DNA of 32,000 nucleotides from Alkanindiges sp. WGS2144 (GTDB taxonomy: Bacteria > Pseudomonadota > Gammaproteobacteria > Pseudomonadales > Moraxellaceae), in NCBI RefSeq assembly GCF_043950625.1, contig NZ_CP171007.1; one strand, given 5' to 3'. The notes beneath the pieces were generated by a model. The model saw only the letters and a program-made list of their open reading frames with translations. It was not told where the DNA came from and searched no databases. The position numbers and the translations under genes were made by a program. Of the stretch, positions 28,166 through 32,000 are shown piece by piece; position 1 is the first letter of the stretch, and the number at the start of each line of letters is the position of its first letter.

Positions 28166-29266
28166 CTATGCTCCCGGCACCGGTGCATCAATATCAATCA
28201 GCTTCTCAGACTTCAGTTCATCCCAGAAGCTGGATGGAATATCAATACTAAAAGACGCCACATTAGCTTTTACCTGCTCAGCAGTGCGTGCACCGGGAAT
28301 AATAGCTGATACTGCGGGATGGGCTTCTGCAAACTGCAAGGACGCGGTACGTAGATCAATACCATACTCATCTAAAACCCGCTGTACCCTGGCCCGCTTG
28401 CCAGGTGCCCATTCAGGAATAGTCCCATCATATAAATAACGCTCGCGCCCGGAAAGATATCCCGCCAGTAAAGGCGACCCTATCACCGCAGAAGCACCCT
28501 TTTCAGCGATTTTAGGCAAAGTGTCATGCAAGGCTTTATGGTGATCCAGCAATGAATACTGGCAAGCCAGCAGAAAAATATCCGGGTCCGCCACTTCCAT
28601 CGCCTTGATCACTGGCTCCGGGCAATTGACACCAAATCCCCAGGCTTTAATCATGCCTTCCTCACGCATTTTAGTCAGCTCTGGCATAGCACCTTTCACT
28701 GCCTCTTCAAAGCGCTGCTGCCACGGCATCCCTAGGTCTTTTTCATTATCTGGCGAGAGATCATGAATATAAACAATGTCAATTTGTGAAACACCCAGCC
28801 GCTGTAGGCTGTCCTCTATAGAACGCCGTACCCCGGCTGCGGAATAATCATAATAATAGCCAAATGGTGGTGGATTCACCCACATGGTTTGAGATACAGG
28901 CTCATCCACTGTTAAAATTCGCCCCACTTTGGTAGACAATACATAATCGTCTGGCTGTAAATCATGCAATGCCTGACCAAAGCGCCGTTCACTCAAACCT
29001 AGTCCATACCAGGGTGAAGTATCAAAATAGCCAATACCCGCTTCAATCGCTGCTTCTAGTGTTTGCCGGGCAGCCAGATCCGACGTTTCTGCAAAGCCAT
29101 TGCCCATTGCTACGCCCCCCAGACCAAGTCGGGTTAATGGGCGAAATCGCTGTCCTGCCAGTTGTACATTCGCAGGAATAGGAGGTTTGGGCTGATAGCC
29201 ACGGGTTGGCATGGTAGTGCCTGGCTTGACCAACTGTTCATAAGCCTGGTCATCAGTATTCGCCAT
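28166..29266 (-). CDS. aldo/keto reductase (aldose/pyridoxal-dehydrogenase-like) with about 40-aa N-terminal extension
   Basis: AKR tetrad context: FDTSPWYG (D, Y), LSTKVGR (K), YIHD (H). A strong GAGGAG SD lies 6 nt upstream of the ATG at 29266. Confidence 0.9.
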   Translation of the reverse strand: MANTDDQAYEQLVKPGTTMPTRGYQPKPPIPANVQLAGQRFRPLTRLGLGGVAMGNGFAETSDLAARQTLEAAIEAGIGYFDTSPWYGLGLSERRFGQALHDLQPDDYVLSTKVGRILTVDEPVSQTMWVNPPPFGYYYDYSAAGVRRSIEDSLQRLGVSQIDIVYIHDLSPDNEKDLGMPWQQRFEEAVKGAMPELTKMREEGMIKAWGFGVNCPEPVIKAMEVADPDIFLLACQYSLLDHHKALHDTLPKIAEKGASAVIGSPLLAGYLSGRERYLYDGTIPEWAPGKRARVQRVLDEYGIDLRTASLQFAEAHPAVSAIIPGARTAEQVKANVASFSIDIPSSFWDELKSEKLIDIDAPVPGA

Positions 29267-29482
29267 AGTGATCTCCTCAAAGCTGTCTGACTGTGTTGTA
29301 TGTCAGTCAGCAATATTTAGGGTCATAGAATGAAATAAATCCGGAAAACTATGTATCAGCTTAGAGCACTGCCTTAGGTGAATGGGTAATATCCGTGCAG
29401 CAAGTTGGTATAATTATTGAAAGGAATTGCCAATTAATTGAAGCTGAGGGTTATATATTATCTCTATTAGGTAAAGTCATAT

Positions 29483-29497
29483 AAAAAAGCCCTGCTG
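29483..29497 (-). terminator. half of an intrinsic terminator split by the IS (U-tract side on the minus strand)
   Basis: AAAAAA + GCCCTGCTG (29489-29497) is the exact complement of CAGCAGGGC at 30392-30400, on the other side of the IS. Confidence 0.65.
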
Positions 29498-29501
29498 ATA
29501 T

Positions 29502-29519
29502 TAGACCTCTTGCGAAAGT
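29502..29519 (+). repeat. IS left terminal inverted repeat
   Basis: TAGACCTCTTGCGAAAGT, the exact reverse complement of 30369-30386. Confidence 0.9.
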
Positions 29520-29543
29520 AAAAACTGCCTCAATATAGATTTC

Positions 29544-29942
29544 ATGAAATATCAGAAATTAAACCGTTTTTCAGATTCTGAATTCAAGCGCTTGGTTGGT
29601 GTACCTCGACCAGTTTTTAGTGAAATGGTCGAAGTTTTAAAAGAAGCAGAATCACTTAAAAAGAAATCTGGGCGTCCTCATACTTTAGTTATAGAGGATC
29701 AATTATTATTAACACTCAATTACTTACGGAATTACAGCACTCAATTGGAATTGGCTGCAAATTACCATATCGCTGAAAGTAATGTGAATCGAACTATTAA
29801 AAAGGTTGAAGATGCATTAATGAAATCAAGACGTTTTACCTTGCCAAAACGAAGCATTACCACAGCAAACGAACAATTTAACTGGGTCATTATTGATGCT
29901 ACAGAATGTTCAATAGAACGCCCGAAAAAAAAATCAGAGTAA
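29544..29942 (+). CDS. IS5-family transposase, N-terminal part (HTH plus first catalytic Asp), orfA
   Basis: 132 aa containing DSEFKRLVGVPRPVFSEMVEVLK (HTH_Tnp_4-like) and IIDATECSIERPKKK. It terminates just after the A9 run (29925-29933). Confidence 0.85.
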   Translation: MKYQKLNRFSDSEFKRLVGVPRPVFSEMVEVLKEAESLKKKSGRPHTLVIEDQLLLTLNYLRNYSTQLELAANYHIAESNVNRTIKKVEDALMKSRRFTLPKRSITTANEQFNWVIIDATECSIERPKKKSE

Positions 29943-30366
29943 GTTCTACAGTGGTAAAAAGAAGAAACATACGCTAAAAGCCCAAGTGATCTATCATCCG
30001 AAGAGCAAACAAATCATAGGAGTAGATATATCGTCTGGCAGTCAGCATGATATTAAATTGGCAAGAAAAACAGTAAAAAAATTCAAACATTTTGAATATG
30101 TTATGACCGATTTAGGGTACTATGGGTTAGAGCAAGATGGCTTTAAATTATTGATGCCAATAAAGAAAAAGAAGAATTTACCCTTATTTGATGTTGAGAA
30201 AAAGTACAATAAAATGATTGGAAAAATACGAGTTGTAATCGAACATATTAACAGTCAATTGAAAAGATTTAGAATACTAAGTGAACGCTATCGAAATCGA
30301 CGGAAAAGATTCGGTTTACGCATTAACTTAATCGCTGCACTGGTAAACCGGATGAACTTGCAATAA
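29917..30366 (+). CDS. IS5-family transposase, C-terminal catalytic part, orfB (+1 frame relative to orfA; no own start needed if recoded)
   Basis: This frame is open from 29917. Read through the A-run it gives KKNQSKFYSGKKKKHTLKAQVIYHPKSKQIIGVDISSGSQHDIKLARK.., then MTDLGYYG and VIEHINSQLKRF. The track lists only 29986-30366, from a GTG. Confidence 0.8.
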   Translation, partial: NARKKNQSKFYSGKKKKHTLKAQVIYHPKSKQIIGVDISSGSQHDIKLARKTVKKFKHFEYVMTDLGYYGLEQDGFKLLMPIKKKKNLPLFDVEKKYNKMIGKIRVVIEHINSQLKRFRILSERYRNRRKRFGLRINLIAALVNRMNLQ

Positions 30367-30368
30367 CG

Positions 30369-30386
30369 ACTTTCGCAAGAGGTCTA
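30369..30386 (-). repeat. IS right terminal inverted repeat
   Basis: ACTTTCGCAAGAGGTCTA on the plus strand. Confidence 0.9.
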
Positions 30387-30391
30387 TTCAA

Positions 30392-30400
30392 CAGCAGGGC
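30392..30400 (-). terminator. other half of the intrinsic terminator split by the IS (5' arm on the minus strand)
   Basis: CAGCAGGGC lies 28 nt downstream of the stop (30428-30430) of the 61-aa gene on the minus strand. It pairs with 29489-29497. Confidence 0.65.
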
Positions 30401-30427
30401 CTGTTTGACAGTAAAACACAACGATAA

Positions 30428-30613
30428 CTAGTTGGGCTTGCTAGTAACCATGGATACCGATACAGGTTTTTCAGCGGCAGTATTGCTGGCATCAAGGCTA
30501 ACTTCACCTTCATAACCATAAAAATGCGCTTTGATGATAGTTCCTATACGACCTACTATTACTGCCATCATAAAAGCTAACACGGGATAAAGAATCACAG
30601 GAATTGTTGACAT
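30428..30613 (-). CDS. hypothetical 61-aa single-pass membrane protein
   Basis: N-terminal TM helix IPVILYPVLAFMMAVIVGRIGTII followed by a polar tail. AGAGGT SD lies 8 nt upstream of the ATG at 30613. It has its own terminator, now split by the IS. No family recognised. Confidence 0.5.
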   Translation of the reverse strand: MSTIPVILYPVLAFMMAVIVGRIGTIIKAHFYGYEGEVSLDASNTAAEKPVSVSMVTSKPN

Positions 30614-30706
30614 AATTTTTGACCTCTAAAAATTATTAAAAATATGAGCACAGCCACGTCACTCATGCTTTAAATTTAATTATTTTTTGATCAAAGTGGG
30701 AGAAAA

Positions 30707-30717
30707 TTGTCAGACAA
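30707..30717. promoter_or_regulatory. 11-bp palindrome TTGTCAGACAA, copy 1 (candidate operator)
   Basis: Read directly. Identical to copy 2 at 30748-30758, 41 bp centre to centre. Confidence 0.5.
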
Positions 30718-30747
30718 ACCAAGTTAAGCTACATTTATTTTCATATG

Positions 30748-30758
30748 TTGTCAGACAA
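30748..30758. promoter_or_regulatory. 11-bp palindrome TTGTCAGACAA, copy 2 (candidate operator)
   Basis: Read directly. The flanks mirror copy 1: AATTGTC.. in copy 1 versus ..GACAATT in copy 2. Confidence 0.5.
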
Positions 30759-30881
30759 TTTATCTATAGTTTATTGACCTAATCCTATTTTATTGTTTTT
30801 TAAAAAGATAATATTAAGATTATAAATTGGGAAGCACTATCACTGCCCAACAGATTTGACCCTGTTCAGGTTATCATTTGT

Positions 30882-30907
30882 AAAAATAAAGCCTGTCAAA
30901 GCAGGCT
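30882..30907 (-). terminator. rho-independent terminator after the YidB-like gene
   Basis: Minus strand reads AGCCTG-CTTTGA-CAGGCT followed by TTATTTTTAC. Confidence 0.7.
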
Positions 30908-30936
30908 ATTAGGTATTTTAACCGAAATTCTACAAT

Positions 30937-31527
30937 CTAAATATTAGTTAGCCGGTTTAAAATATTGTTGATTTCAATATCAACGCTGGAGAGACTCTCA
31001 CTTTCGTGGCTGGTGGTCAACGTATCAATGACCTGAGGCAATACCGTAGCCAGCCCCGTGCGTACTGTATCAACCTGTACCGAGCACTGCTGTGCAACAC
31101 GCTCCAGCTGTTCTTGCGAAAACAGGCCGTTTAGCATCTCTGGCATAATACGCTCATTCACCCCGCTGCCTATCCATGACTGTACCTGTACAGCCAGTCC
31201 GTTTTGCTCCAGTACAGCCAGGGCAGCTAATAATCCACCGTGCTGCCTGATCCAGTTTAATACCAGTGGAATCAACCGCAGTAGAAAAATGGCCTGATGC
31301 TGAGGCTGGGTAAAAGACACCTCATGCAAATGATCGCCTGCCAACGCCCCTAATGCCGAATCAATCACCCGGTTAACGGCTGAAGTATCAATATGAGCCG
31401 GATCAGTATGGGCAACCTGATCATGTCTAGTGCCCAAGCCCAGCACGGTACTGTCGCTTGTGCCTATAGGCCTGTCCTGGCTGGCTCGATGAATTAAAAC
31501 ATCAACAATGTGGCTTAATGTCGTCAT
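30937..31527 (-). CDS. YidB/DUF937-family protein
   Basis: The C-terminal half (GGLLAALAVLEQNGLAVQVQSWIGSGVNERIMPEMLNGLFSQEQLERVAQQCSVQVDTVRTGLATVLPQVIDTLT) fits the YidB pattern: GL..L...NGL......SW.G.G.N..I....L...LG...L..LA...G........LA..LP..VD.LTP. The track start is 31590; I prefer the ATG at 31527 (MTTLSHIV). Confidence 0.65.
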   Translation of the reverse strand: MTTLSHIVDVLIHRASQDRPIGTSDSTVLGLGTRHDQVAHTDPAHIDTSAVNRVIDSALGALAGDHLHEVSFTQPQHQAIFLLRLIPLVLNWIRQHGGLLAALAVLEQNGLAVQVQSWIGSGVNERIMPEMLNGLFSQEQLERVAQQCSVQVDTVRTGLATVLPQVIDTLTTSHESESLSSVDIEINNILNRLTNI

Positions 31528-31661
31528 AATTACACCCTGCTCCTTTGCGCTATTTTTGGCGTGACCATTCATCACGCATCTTTTAATCACTATACAAACA
31601 AGCGCTCAGCAGGAGCACCATTGTTTTGATGCTTTGCTGTAAGTAAGTGATTCTTTTAGGC

Positions 31662-32000
31662 TTAGTTAAGCAGATTTTGTTGTGAGTTTTTTAAAAAGGC
31701 CAGTACAGTTAAGCGACGCCATTGCTCTGGTTCTACCTGGTCACGCCAAAACAATAAATGGTATTTCTTGTGCCCATGACCAAGCTGTAATGAAACCCAA
31801 AGACTTGTGCGTCTAATTTGTAGTAACTGTCCTGTTTGACGCTGGCTGCTTCCCTGCACCTGCCAGCACCAGACAGAGTCGTCCCGCTGCCAGAACTGGT
31901 TAATTCGCTGCTGATGCTTTTGCTTTAAATAAATATAGTCCAGGCCTAAAAAAGCCAAGGCAAGACCAATGTTCAACAACAGGCCTAAGCCACTTTGTAA
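31662..32000 (-). CDS. YgfX(CptA)-like inner-membrane protein, 5' end outside the window
   Basis: The frame stays open to the window edge, and the track start at 31979 is only a TTG. A hydrophobic N-terminal part is followed by RINQFWQRDDSVWCWQ...LLFWRDQVEPEQWRRLTVL, which parallels E. coli YgfX (...RLRWQGQEW...LWLAADSMDEAEWRDLRRIL) as I remember it. Confidence 0.5.
   Translation of the reverse strand, partial: LQSGLGLLLNIGLALAFLGLDYIYLKQKHQQRINQFWQRDDSVWCWQVQGSSQRQTGQLLQIRRTSLWVSLQLGHGHKKYHLLFWRDQVEPEQWRRLTVLAFLKNSQQNLLN

Larger units (their letters stand above)
29502..30386 (+). mobile_element. IS5-family insertion sequence (IS427/IS1031-like size class), 885 bp, two-frame transposase
   Basis: Perfect 18-bp terminal inverted repeats TAGACCTCTTGCGAAAGT (29502-29519) / ACTTTCGCAAGAGGTCTA (30369-30386). 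DDE-type transposase motifs are IIDATECSIERP, YSGKKKKHTLK, MTDLGYYG and VIEHINSQLKRFRIL. Hand-counted GC is 35/100 nt. Depending on where the ends are drawn, the flanks allow a 3-bp ATT duplication (29500-02/30386-88) or a 2-bp TA duplication (29502-03/30385-86). Confidence 0.9.

Noticed and set aside
30595-30666. 23-codon hydrophobic upstream ORF (MSDVAVLIFLIIFRGQKLCQQFL) on the minus strand, overlapping the start of the 61-aa gene.
   Set aside because: No SD precedes its ATG, and AT-rich sequence favours such peptides by chance. I kept it only as a note.
28053-31661. Looked for a direct repeat of the tRNA-Lys 3' end (att site) and an integrase to define a genomic island.
   Set aside because: I found neither by eye, so the island hypothesis is kept only as a low-interest inference.
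1-32000. Scanned for CRISPR arrays, long tandem repeats, rRNA or other structured RNA genes.
   Set aside because: I saw no regularly spaced direct repeats and no rRNA-like sequence. The only RNA gene I can support is tRNA-Lys.

Overview
This window is mostly housekeeping chromosome from a gammaproteobacterium. The taxon is an inference: from memory, the order leuC-leuD-lipoprotein-leuB, rppH-ptsP and divergent rluC/rne, plus the RNase E N-terminus, resemble Moraxellaceae/Acinetobacter-type genomes. Hand-sampled GC of core genes (46-60 G+C per 100 nt) seems high for a typical Acinetobacter.

Confident calls are htpG, leuB, leuD, leuC, rppH, ptsP, rluC, rne, tRNA-Lys(UUU), a FUSC/AaeB-like efflux protein with an overlapping DUF1656 partner, a YuiF/NhaC-type transporter, a LysR regulator, three HAD phosphatases, a FATP-type acyl-CoA synthetase, an aldo/keto reductase and an Asp-nucleophile alpha/beta hydrolase.

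Accessory-looking material is limited:
- A low-GC single gene encoding a NYN + OST-HTH/LOTUS protein, wedged between leuC and the LysR gene.
- An 885-bp IS5-family element with perfect 18-bp inverted repeats, sitting in the loop of an intrinsic terminator, whose transposase is split at an A9 run.
- An AT-rich promoter region carrying two identical 11-bp palindromes upstream of a 61-aa membrane-protein gene.
- A patchwork segment downstream of tRNA-Lys.

I found no CRISPR array, integrase, prophage or recognisable multi-gene defence or secretion locus, and no convincing multi-gene novel system. The best leads are single-gene or regulatory oddities: the NYN-LOTUS gene, the rne leader with a (TG)6 tract, short linear motifs in the RNase E C-terminal tail, the IS/terminator junction and the palindrome pair. 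Everything is from reading the sequence and ORF track, with no searches run. Family names and Pfam IDs come from remembered motifs and need HMM or BLAST confirmation.
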